A stretch of 64,000 bases of DNA, from positions 69,318,001 to 69,382,000 of the forward strand of contig NC_086108.1 of NCBI RefSeq assembly GCF_963921235.1, written 5' to 3'. The notes under the pieces are model-generated. The model searched no databases. It saw nothing but the letters and a program-made list of their open reading frames with translations, and was not told where the DNA came from. The position numbers and the translations under genes were made by a program. Source of the DNA: Mobula hypostoma. Taxonomy: Eukaryota. This document shows positions 1 through 10,185 of the stretch, piece after piece; the stretch's first letter is position 1, and every line of letters starts with the position of its first letter.

Positions 1-690
1 ATAAACTGTCAACATTTCAGGCCAAGAGTCTTCATCTGGATTGGAAAGCAAGTGGCCAGAAGCCAGATTAAGAGGGTGGAAGGAAAGGAAGGAATACAAG
101 GTGTCAGGTGAGGGGAAGGTGGGTGGGCAAGGGTTGGTAAAGTAAGAAGCTAAGAAGTGATAGGAGGACGATGTAGAGGACTGAAGAAGAAGGAATCTAA
201 CAGGAGAGGACAGAGGACAGTGGACAGTGGAATAAAGGAAAGAAGGAGGTATGCACAGCTGAGGGAAAGAGAAGAGGAATGAGAAAAGAAAGCAGGGGAG
301 GAGATGTAATTACCGAAAGCTAGAGAAAGGATGTTTATGCAATCAGGTTGGAGAATGCTCAAACAGAATATGAGTCGCTACTCTCCAATCACAAACAAGA
401 GAAAATCTGTTGATGCTGGAAATCCAAGCAACACACACAAAATGCTGGAGGAACTCAGCAGGCCAGGCAGCATCCACGGAAAAGAGTACAGTCGATATTT
501 CGGGGTGAGACCCTTCCGCAGGACTGGAGAAAAAGTAGATTTAAAAGATAGGAGGAAGGGAGAGAGAAACACAAGGTGACAGGTGAAACCTGAAGGTGGA
601 GGGATGAAGTAAGGAGCTGGGAAGTTGATTGGTGAAAGAGATACAGGTCTGGAGAAGGGGGAATCTGATAGAAGTGGATTCTCCAGCCCT
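1..690 (-). mobile_element. Two decayed Penelope-like element 3' fragments (second probably nested in first)
   Basis: Same pLTR sequence as 8237-9250 (acacacaaaatgctggaggaactcagcaggccaggcagcatc), degenerate hammerhead motifs at ~6-40 and ~490-525, and a remnant of the GIY-YIG C-terminal coding sequence at ~310-385. Confidence 0.7.
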
Positions 691-750
691 GTATTTGATT
701 AAAATCTTTAATCATAATATGACATTTTGGAGCACTTCACATACTATAAA

Positions 751-2864
751 CTTTGTGAACCCTGTAGAATGTTCTCTATTTCTGCATAAATATGACCTAA
801 AATGTGATCAGATCTTCACATAAGTCCTAAAACTATATAAGGAGAACCCAATTAAATACCTAACACAAAAAATGATCCAATATTACATGTGTTTGTTGGA
901 AAAGGTATGTGAACCTCTGGGATAATGCCTTCTACAAAAGCTATTTGGAGTCAGGTGTTCTAATCAATGAGTTGAGATTGAAGGTGTGATTGTAGAGCTG
1001 CCCTGACCTGCAAAAAAGACACACAAAGTCAGGCCACTGATAGAGCCTAGTCTTCTCAAGAAAGATCTGTTTATGTGCATCATACCTCATTCAAAACAAT
1101 TTTCAGAGAACCTTAGAAGAAGCATTGTAGAGATGCATCAAGCTGGAAAATGCTAAAAAGCATTTCTAAAGACCTGAGTGTTCATCAACTCACAGTAAGA
1201 TAAATTGTCTATAAATGGAGGAAATTCAGTACTGTTACTACTTTCCCTAGGAGGGGGCATCCTGCAAAGATCACACCAACAGCACAACGTGCAATGCTGA
1301 AGGAGGTGAAAGGGAACTCAAGAGTAACAGCAAAAGACTTGCAGAAATCTCTAGAGCTTGCTAAAGGCTCTGTTTATATGTCCACTATAAAAAAAAAACA
1401 CTGAACAAGAATGGTGTTCATGGAAGGACACCATGGAGGAAAGCACAGCTCTCCAAAAGAAAACATTGCTGTACATCTCAAATTTGAAAAATACCACCTG
1501 GATGTTCTACAATGTTTCTGGGACAATGTTCTGTGGACAGAAAGGACAAAAGTTGAACTTCTTGGCAGAAATAGAGCATTGAGTATAGGAGTTGGGATGT
1601 AATGTTGAAATTGTATAATGCATTGGTGAGGCCAAATTTGGAGTATTGTGTACAGTTCTGGTCACTAAATTATAGGAAAGATGTCAATAAAATTGAGAGA
1701 GTACAGAGGAGATTTACTAAAATGTTGCCTGGGTTTCATCTCCTAAGTTACAGAGAAAGGTTGAACAAGTTATGTCTTTATTCTTTGGAGCGTAGAAGGT
1801 TGAGGGGGGACTTGATAGAGGTATTTAAAATTATGAGGGGGATAGATAGAGTTGACGTGGATAGGCTTTTTCCATTGAGAGTGGGGGAGATTCAAACAAG
1901 AGGACATGAGTTGAGAGTTAAAGGGCAAAAGTTTAGGGGTAACATTAGGGGGAACTTCTTTAGTCAGAGGGTGGTAGCTGTGTGGAACGAGCTTTCAGCA
2001 GAAGTGGTTGAGGCAGGTTCGATGTTGTCATTTAAAGTTAAATTGGATAGCTATATGGACAGGAAAAGAATGGAGGGTTATGGGCTGAGTGCAGGTCGGT
2101 GGGACTAGGTGAGAGTAAGAGTTCGGCATGGAGTAGAAGGGCTGAGATAGCCTGTTTCCATGCTGTAATTGTTATATGGTTATAAATGCACACCACTATA
2201 TTTGGAGGAAAAGGGGCACCACCAAAACCTCATCCCAACAATGAAGCATAGTGGAAACAGTGTCATGGTTTGGGACTGCTTTGCTGCCTCAGGGCCTGGA
2301 CAGCTTGCAATTCAAAATTGTATCAAGACATTTTACAGGAGAATGTCACCTGAAGCTTAACAGAAGTTGAATGATGCAACAAGTCAATGATCTGAAAGAC
2401 CAGAGAAAATGAACAACAGAATGGTTTAAAAAGAAGAAAATTTGTGTTTTGGAATGGCCGAGTCGCAGTCCTGACCGTAATCCTACAGAAATGTTGTGGA
2501 AGGACCTAAAGCAAGCAGTTCATGCAAGAAAGCACCACAACATCCCAGAGTGGAAGCAATTTTGTAAGGAGGAATGGCCTAAAATTCCTGCAAGCCGATG
2601 TGCAGGGCTGATCAAAAGTTACCAGAAATATTTGGTTGAAGTTATTGCCGTGCAAGGGGGTTTCACCAGTTACTGAAAGCAAAGGTTCACATTCTTTTTT
2701 TCTCTCTCAATAAATAACAAGTATAATGTTGTTTATGTTATTTATTTAATTGAGCTCTCTTTCTCTAGTTTTAGGACTTAGTGAAGATCAGATCACATTT
2801 TAGGTCATATTTATGCAGAAATAGAGAAAATTCGATAGGGTTCACAAACCTTCTAGCACCACTG
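751..2864 (+). mobile_element. Tc1/mariner DNA transposon (defective), interrupted by a CR1 fragment
   Basis: Long inverted termini: 751-870 vs ~2730-2864, ending ...ctagcaccactg|TA. Transposase remnants include SVMVWDCFAASGPG and WPSRSPDRNPTEMLW, with stops and frameshifts. Outer ~14 bp of the left TIR is missing. Confidence 0.9.
1573..2183 (+). mobile_element. 5'-truncated CR1 LINE 3' end inserted in Tc1
   Basis: ORF 1602-2108 (LYNALVRPNLEYCVQFWS...LERRRLRGDLIEVFKIM...TRGH) is the CR1 ORF2 C-terminus, followed by 3' UTR and a short tail. AAAT flanks both sides (1569-1572, 2184-2187). Confidence 0.9.
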
Positions 2865-4830
2865 TATGTGTAACTTTAAACCATCAATTAATGTATTACT
2901 GTGCAGGCTGGTGGTGCGGTGAATTTGTGCATTGAACATTGCATGCATTTTTGACCGATCTCAATATCATTCACACCACTTCTTCTGAGTATTAAGTGTA
3001 AAGGGATTAATTAATCCTTCTATTCCATCATAGAGCATGAAAACCTGCTCTCAGGTCATACTGGAAAATAATACTACTCATAACTCTTTCTCCTAATCTG
3101 AGTAAAGATGATTCAGGAACAGTGATGTAATATGTTAGAATGTCTTTACACACTAGCAAGTGGGTAGTTATGAAGGGAGATAAATTCCTAATGTAGTTAA
3201 ATGAAAGTGAAATGGAGCTATTTCATTTGTTGAATAACTATTTCTTAACAAGATTTATTTGAGAAGCATCTATGGGTGGGGGGGGAGAAGAATTGTCAAT
3301 GTTTTGAGTCAAGATCCTCTAACAGTCCTGATAAAGGGCCTCAACCCGTTTACAATTTATCTCCTCCAAAAGATGCTGCTCAATCTGCTAAATTCCTCCA
3401 GCTGTTTAGCTTTTTTCGCTCCAGATTCCAGCATCTGCAATCACTTGTATCTCCTATCTTTAATTAGCTGATGCATAAACACCTTCAAACTAATCTGCTG
3501 AAAAGGTGACACTTTCTAAGGTGATTAAATACAAGTTCTAGAATTGCAATTGGTAGTGAAAAGATTGCGTAGATGGTTGCAACGGGAGAACACCTTTGTC
3601 ATTCATACTGATATTCTAAAGAAACTAAGAATAAATGCCAGACATCTAAAACATACTTCTTTTACCACAGTATTGTGATGTGGGGCAGTTTGGATACACA
3701 AATACTTCAGTATTGATTGACAGCTCAATTATGAAATTAGTTACAAGGAGAAAGCAGGAGAATGAGGTTGAGAGGGAAAATAGATGAACCAGGGATGAAA
3801 GGCAGAGCGGTCAGTTGGTCAAATGGCCTAATTCTGCTCCTATGCCTTGTAGTCTTGTGGTCTTAACAACCACGTTTGATGTACCAAGTAGCAAAATAGG
3901 CAACCTCGAACTTCCGCTAATCTCATTCCAAGGATTGGAGACAAGGGCCCCCTCTATTTATTACACAGTGGCGAAAATATCTGAGCATTTCAATTTGTCT
4001 GACGTATGGCTCCAATGTCAAGACTTTCTGTACGCCTTAAAGTGTATAGTTGTGGCTGAGGTTTCAATATAGTCCATTTAACATTTTGTCTGCAATCTGA
4101 AACATTAACTTTATATATCTTCCCACAGATCAGAATCAAAATTTAGATGAATCAGAATCACAGATTTAGATGATTTTTGTCTCTTGTGGCAGCTGCACAG
4201 CACAAAGACATAAAATTACTATAAATTACAAAACTAAATAAATGATGCAAAAAAAAAAGGAATAATGAGGCAGTGTTCATGGGTTCACGGATCATTCAGA
4301 AAACTGATGGCAAAAGAAGCTGTTTCTGAATCATTGAACGTGGGTCTTCAGGCTCCTGTACTTCCTCTCCAAAGACTGTAATGAGAAGAGAGCATGTCTC
4401 ATGTCTCATGTGGTGAAGCTACTTAGTCATAGATGCCACCTACTTGAGGCAATACGTCTTGAAGATGTCTTCAATTGTGTGTAAGTTTATACTGTGGAGC
4501 CCAAATGGAAGTTCTCAAGCTGAAACCTTGTCTGTCTATTTCCCTCTGGAGATGCTGACTAACCCACTGAGTTCCTCCAGTACCTTGTGTATCGCTCCAG
4601 ATTCTATCACCTGAAGTTTCTTGTGTCCCCATCATCAAAAGCTGTGTTTCTCTATGGAGCTGTCAAAAGTGATTCCTACTTGTAGATTACATTTAAAATA
4701 AACTTGAAGACTGGTTGGTGTTTGCATTGATGGTTACTATACCTTTCACCTTCATACAGTCTGACTATGGCTGCTCTGACAATCTCAACCTGTTTTATAA
4801 AAACAGAAAATTCTGCAGAAGCTGGAAATC

Positions 4831-6290
4831 TTTATTTATTGAGATACAGGGCGAAGTAGGCCCTTTGCCCTTCCAGTCACGTCGCCCCAAGTTAATGTTT
4901 GCCTAATCACGGGACAATTTACAATCACCAATTAACCTACTAACTGATAGGTGTTTGGAATGTGGGAGAAAACGGGAGCACTTGAAGGAAACCCACGCGG
5001 TCATGGGGAGAATGTACAAACTCCATACGGGCAGCGGCTGGAACTGAATGGGGATCGCCTGTACTGTAAAGCATTGAATTGAATGGGGATCGCCTGTACT
5101 GTAAAGCATTGAACTGAATGGAGATCGCCTGTACCGTAAAGCGTTGAACTGAATGGGGATTGCCTGTACTGTAAAGCATTGAACTGAATGGGGATCCCTG
5201 TACTGTACAGCGTTGAACTGAATGGGGATCGCCTGTACCGTACAGCGTTGAACTGAATGGGGATCGCCTGTACTGTAAAGCGTTGAATTGAATGGGGATC
5301 GCCTGTACTGTAGAGCGTTGAACTAAATGGGGATCGCCTGTACTGTAAAGCGTTGAACTGAATGGGGATCGCCTGTACCGTAGAGCGTTGAACTGAATGG
5401 GGATCGCCTGTACTGTACAGCGTTGAACTGAATGGGGATCGCCTGTACCGTAGAGCGTTGAACTGAATGGGGATCGCCTGTACTGTAAAGCATTGAACTG
5501 AATGGGGAGCGCCTGTACCGTACAGCATTGAACTGAATGGGGATCGCCTGTACTGTACAGCGTTGAACTGAATGGGGATCGCCTGTACCGTAGAGTGTTG
5601 AACTGAATGGGGATCGCCTGTACTGTAAAGCATTGAATTGAATGGGGATCGCCTGTACCGTAGAGCATTGAACTGAATGGGGATCGCCTGTACTGTACAG
5701 CGTTGAACTGAATGGGGATCGCCTGTACCGTAGAGTGTTGAACTGAATGGGGATCGCCTGTACTGTAAAGCATTGAATTGAATGGGGATCGCCTGTACCG
5801 TAGAGCGTTGAACTGAATGGGGATCGCCCGTACTGTACAGCGTTGAACTGAATGGGGATCGCCTGTACTGTACAGCGTTGAACTGAATGGGGATCGCCTG
5901 TACGTAAAGCGTTGAACTGAATGGGGATCGCCTGTACGTAAAGCGTTGAACTGAATGGGGATCCCCGTACTGTACAGCTTTGAACTGAATGGGGATCGCC
6001 TGTATCGTAGAGCGTTGAACTGAATGGGGATCGCCCGTACCGTAAAGCGTTGAACTGAATGGGGATCGCCCGTACTGTACAGCGTTGAACTGAATGGGGA
6101 TCGCCTGTACTGTACAGCGTTGAACTGAATGGGGATCGCCTGTACGTAAAGCGTTGAACTGAATGGGGATCCCCGTACTGTACAGCTTTGAACTGAATGG
6201 GGATCGCCTGTAGCGTAAAGCGTTGAACTGAATGGGGATCGCCTGTACCGTACAGCTTTGTGCTAACCACTATACTACTGTGCCGCCCCC
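4831..6290 (-). mobile_element. tRNA-derived SINE (V-SINE/HE1-like) with internal tandem expansion
   Basis: Minus strand starts ggggcggcacagtagtatagtggttagc (A-box-like). Central domain tgggtttcc...tgctccc...tcccacattccaaa. Ends ctgtatctcaataaataaa at 4831. Sits inside a Penelope pLTR remnant (4801-4830 and 6291-6470). Confidence 0.8.
5041..6259. repeat. 35-bp minisatellite, ~35 copies (gaactgaatggggatcgcctgtactgtaaagcgtt)
   Basis: Directly visible head-to-tail array with point variants and a few 33-bp units. It explains the repetitive ORFs at 4940-6345. Confidence 0.97.
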
Positions 6291-8299
6291 AGTTCTTGAA
6301 CAACACGGGCAAAATGCTGGAGGAACTTATCAATTCAGGTGGCATTTATGGAGGGAAATTAAAAGTTAAGATTCCTAGCTGACTTTTCTCAGGACTGGCC
6401 TGATGAAGGTTCACAGCCCAAAACATCAACTGTTTATTCCCCTCCTTAGATGTTGCCTGACTCAACCTGTTTCAGTATGCTATACTTAGGAGGTGACAAT
6501 AGCAAATTCATATCCTTCTTATTTAAAAGTGCATACAACAGAGATTTTCCAGCATTATGGGGTTTCTAATATGGCAGTAATTGATTTTCACTCATATTAC
6601 CTTGCAGACTGCACCTCAGATTGGAGAGATGCCAAAATTAGATGGGGTTTTAGTTTTTAAATGAGCTATCTTCACCTTGCACTAGTTAGTTGTACCCTAT
6701 ATCTTCTGATTGCTATGTCTCATCAATGGCTAACTGCTTGAGGATAATGGCTACCCCCTAAACATACAGCTTCTGAAATAACAGCTGAATTTTCTAATTT
6801 CCCATTATTATGCTTATGTTCCTGTCCCACCGCTTTTCTTTAAAATGCCTTGCTAATGATCAGTATTCATGTTCCTTATCAACTGATCTGACTGAACCTG
6901 TCTCCATATAAACTTTTGTCTTACTCCTCACTCCTCCTCCCAGCTCTGCTTGGAAAACTATGAACCCTCCACCCGATCCCCTAAGGGTTGCTGACCGAAG
7001 ACATCGATTAGTTTTTTCTCCCCCACAGATGCTGTTTGACAGACTGAGTTCTTCCAGCATTTCTGTTTTTGTTTTAGATTCCAGCACCTTCAGTGTTACT
7101 TGCTTTTCATAGATTGGACTCACATGGGTTCCCACAGTTACCACTTCTGATTTAGTTGAAATAAAGGAGAATTTGTTTAATCTGAAAATGAGACCAACCA
7201 GATGTAGGTGGTGGTGAGAGGGCATAGGCTGGCCTCCACACAAGGGAGTAGTGAAGAGCTCACAGTCAATTCCATTGCAGGATGGGAGGTTAAGGGGGGG
7301 GGGGTTTAAAAAAATTGGCACTGATAAATTGTAAACAGTCAAAATGGATGGATGCAGCAGTGGTTTTACTGATGAAGGTGGGAAGAGACACTACTAGAAG
7401 AGAAAAAAATCATATGAAAGAAGAAAGAAATACGCAGTGTGAGATTAGAACTAGTGGAAACAATGTGTCAACCTAGATAATGCAGTTTTAGATCTTGGAA
7501 AAGAGCCAGAAGCAAGCTCTGCAGGGTCAGAGGCTGTCAGCACTGGAGGGGAGATCTTTAGTGAAGATTACCTCAGATTGTCTGGGAGACATTGCCCAAA
7601 TGTTCAGTAGTCAGATCATGGTCCAGGCAGAGGTAGGAGGAGGTTTTACAGAGCTGACATTCACCAGGCATGATACAGAAATCGGCTGCCAGGGTTTAGT
7701 GATAATTTTAAGGTTAGTCCTAGATTTGATGGGCGGGGGAAGCTAGTGTGAACAACAGTGTGGGAAAAATTGAGACAATCCATACTGCATCGCCTGGTAA
7801 TGCATGGGAAAGAGTCATGTGAAGAGGTATGCAATGTTGATGAAATATTGTCATAACATCAATCCGTTATGGTAGTTGTAATTGGTGGAGGTTCAGCTCT
7901 CTCTTATTTTGTTTGTTGTGTGGTTGAAGTGAGCTTTGAACCAACCAACCTCCAACGGAGTTTGTGTCTAAAGAAGTCTCAAAAATATCTCCAGGTGTTT
8001 TCCTCTTCCTTGAACTTGCCTTTCATCACTCAACAATTTCCGCTATTCAGATACTGATACTGCTGCTCTGACCCTCACCTAACAAAACCCAGCCAGCATC
8101 GCTTATTTTGCATTCTCGTCTTACCCTGGGGCTTGGTCATTCTGACGCCCATGGCTTGCCTCTCGACTTGTTTTACTGTTTACTGCTCTCCTCAGCCCCG
8201 ACTCTGCAGCGTCATAAAAAAGTCTAATCCTTTCCAGCAACACACATCAAAGTTGCTGGTGAACGCAGCAGGCCAAGCAGCATCTATAGGAAGAGGCGC

Positions 8300-8335
8300 A
8301 GTCGACGTTTCAGGCCGAGACCCTTCGTCAGGACT
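8300..8335 (-). ncRNA. Minimal type I hammerhead ribozyme motif (inverted twin of 9113-9148)
   Basis: Exact reverse complement of the 9113-9148 motif. Confidence 0.72.
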
Positions 8336-9112
8336 AACTGAAGGAAGAGTGAGTAAGGGATTTGAAAGCTGGAGGGGGAGGGGGAGATGCAAAATGATAG
8401 GAGAAGACAGGAGGGGGAGGGATAGAGCCGAGAGCTGGACGGGTGATAGGCAAAAGGGGATACGAGAGGATCATGGGACAGGAGGTACGGGAAGAAAGAT
8501 GGGGGGGGGTGACCCAGAGGATGGGCAAGAGGTATATTCAGAGGGACAGAGGGAGAAAAAGGAGAGTGAGAGAAAGAATGTGTGCATAAAAATGAGTAAC
8601 AGATGGGGTACGAGGGGGAGGTGGGGCCTAGCGGAAGTTAGAGAAGTCAATGTTCATGCCATCAGGTTGGAGGCTACCCAGACGGAATATAAGGTGTTGT
8701 TCCTCCAACCTGAGTGTGGCTTCATCTTTACAGTAGAGGAGGCCGTGGATAGACATGTCAGAATGGGAATTAGCCTCCAACCTGATGGCATGAACATTGA
8801 CTTCTCTAACTTCCGCTAGGCCCCACCTCCCCCTCGTACCCCATCTGTTACTCATTTTTATGCACACATTCTTTCTCTCACTCTCCTTTTTCTCCCTCTG
8901 TCCCTCTGAATATACCTCTTGCCCATCCTCTGGGTCACCCCCCCCTTGTCTTTCTTCCCGGACCTCCTGTCCCATGATCCTCTCGTATCCCCTTTTGCCT
9001 ATCACCTGTCCAGCTCTTGGCTCTATCCCTCCCCCTCCTGTCTCCTCCTATCATTTTGCATCTCCCCCTCCCCCTCCAGCTTTCAAATCCCTTACTCACT
9101 CTTCCTTCAGTT

Positions 9113-9148
9113 AGTCCTGACGAAGGGTCTCGGCCTGAAACGTCGACT
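9113..9148 (+). ncRNA. Minimal type I hammerhead ribozyme motif in Penelope pLTR
   Basis: AGUC-CUGACGA-AGG(GUCUCGG)CCU-GAAA-C-GUC^GACU: stem I AGUC/GACU, conserved core, short stem II, palindromic ACGU in place of a stem III hairpin. Predicted cleavage after 9144. Confidence 0.72.
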
Positions 9149-9569
9149 GCGCCTCTTCCTATAGATGCTGCTTGGCCTGCTGCGTTTACCAGCAACTTTT
9201 ATGTGTGTTGCTTGAATTTCCAGCATCTGCAGAATTCCTGTTGTTTGATTTCTAATCCTTTCCATCCGAGATTAAAAGTTATCGATAAGAAACATTGTTT
9301 ATCTATTCATAGATGTTGCCTGATCCACTGATTATTTGCAAGATTTTAGCTGGCATCTCTGATATCCGCAAGTTTTCACTTTTTCCACAAAGAGAACTTC
9401 TTAAGTGCAGCCACTGTCGACAATGTGCAAATGAAACGGTAGGAGGATGAAGTGAGGTCGGCCCAGCACCGGAAGGTGTGGGAAGTGCGCTCAAAGACGA
9501 GACCACTGTGCTTTGGGTGAAGACCCAGATGTTGATGCATCCATTTCCACCCAGGTTGCGACTTCATTG

Positions 9570-10065
9570 CGAACGGTCGCAACAATCTCTGCTGATGTCA
9601 GCCTGCGTGCCTCGGGGGTGACGTAATACGCGCAAGTCGTCACGCCGACGGGCCCGTGTGCAGGCGCAGGGAAGGAGAAAACGCTAAAATAAAGGGGGTC
9701 GCCGGCTGTTGGGCGTAAGATTGACTCAGGGGTTTTGTGTCAGCTTACAACAGCGGTTGTTGCTTAATAAACGAGCCTATTGATGACAACCTGGTAGTCT
9801 CGGGTTCTCGTCTTTCCCCCGCCCTCGAGTTTCAGGGCAGCTTGTTATTTGTTTTCTATTGCAGCTGCACGGAGCCGAGCGGCCTTGTCTCCGGCAGAAG
9901 GAAACGCTCTGCATTTGTGGGGTGAAACATCGCGGCGACGTTGCCCAGAAAGAAGAGCTTGTTCGTTTCATTTGCTCTCCGTCCGGTTTTCCTTCCTCCT
10001 CGACACCCCCTCCCCTTCCCGGCCAAGCAGTAATGGTAAATGCAGTGTAATAATTAAGGAGAAAT
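9570..10065 (+). promoter_or_regulatory. CpG-rich promoter / 5' UTR of RNF11
   Basis: Local CpG enrichment in an otherwise CpG-depleted window. CRE-like TGACGTAA at 9619-9626 and CGTCA at 9638-9642. Lies directly upstream of exon 1. TSS cannot be determined from sequence. Confidence 0.75.
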
Positions 10066-10185
10066 ATGGGAAATTGTTTGAAATCTCCGACGTCTGATGA
10101 CATTTCTTTGCTTCACGAGTCTTCTGACCGGGCGAGTTACGGAGATGGCACCGAAATAGACCAAGAGCCGCCGCCGCCATATCAG
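10066..10185 (+). CDS. RNF11: RNF11 coding exon 1 (MGNCLKSPTSDDISLLHESSDRASYGDGTEIDQEPPPPYQ)
   Basis: ATG at 10066 in good Kozak context (aatATGg). Translation matches the RNF11 N-terminus, with the Gly2/Cys4 acylation motif and PPPPY (PY motif). Phase-0 donor CAG|GTTTGT at 10185/10186. Confidence 0.97.

Larger units (their letters stand above)
8237..9250. mobile_element. Young Penelope-like element insertion: inverted pLTR pair with GIY-YIG C-terminal spacer
   Basis: ~440-bp near-perfect inverted arms (8236-8676 and 8771-9212) around a 94-bp spacer. Minus strand encodes SHSDMSIHGLLYCKDEATLRLEEQHLIFRLGSLQPDGMNIDFSNFR*. 14-bp TSD tctaatcctttcca at 8223-8236 and 9251-9264. Confidence 0.88.

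Noticed and set aside
5041..6259. CRISPR-like array of ~35-bp repeats
   Set aside because: Units are head-to-tail with no unique spacers, there are no cas genes, the context is eukaryotic, and the unit derives from a SINE.
4940..6345. Long minus-strand ORFs (277, 210, 340 aa)
   Set aside because: Artefacts of a stop-poor 35-bp tandem repeat read in rotating frames.
8133..9331. Multiple overlapping ORFs of 64-228 aa on both strands
   Set aside because: Mirror-image readings of the Penelope inverted repeat. Only the minus-strand GIY-YIG C-terminal ~45 aa is meaningful.
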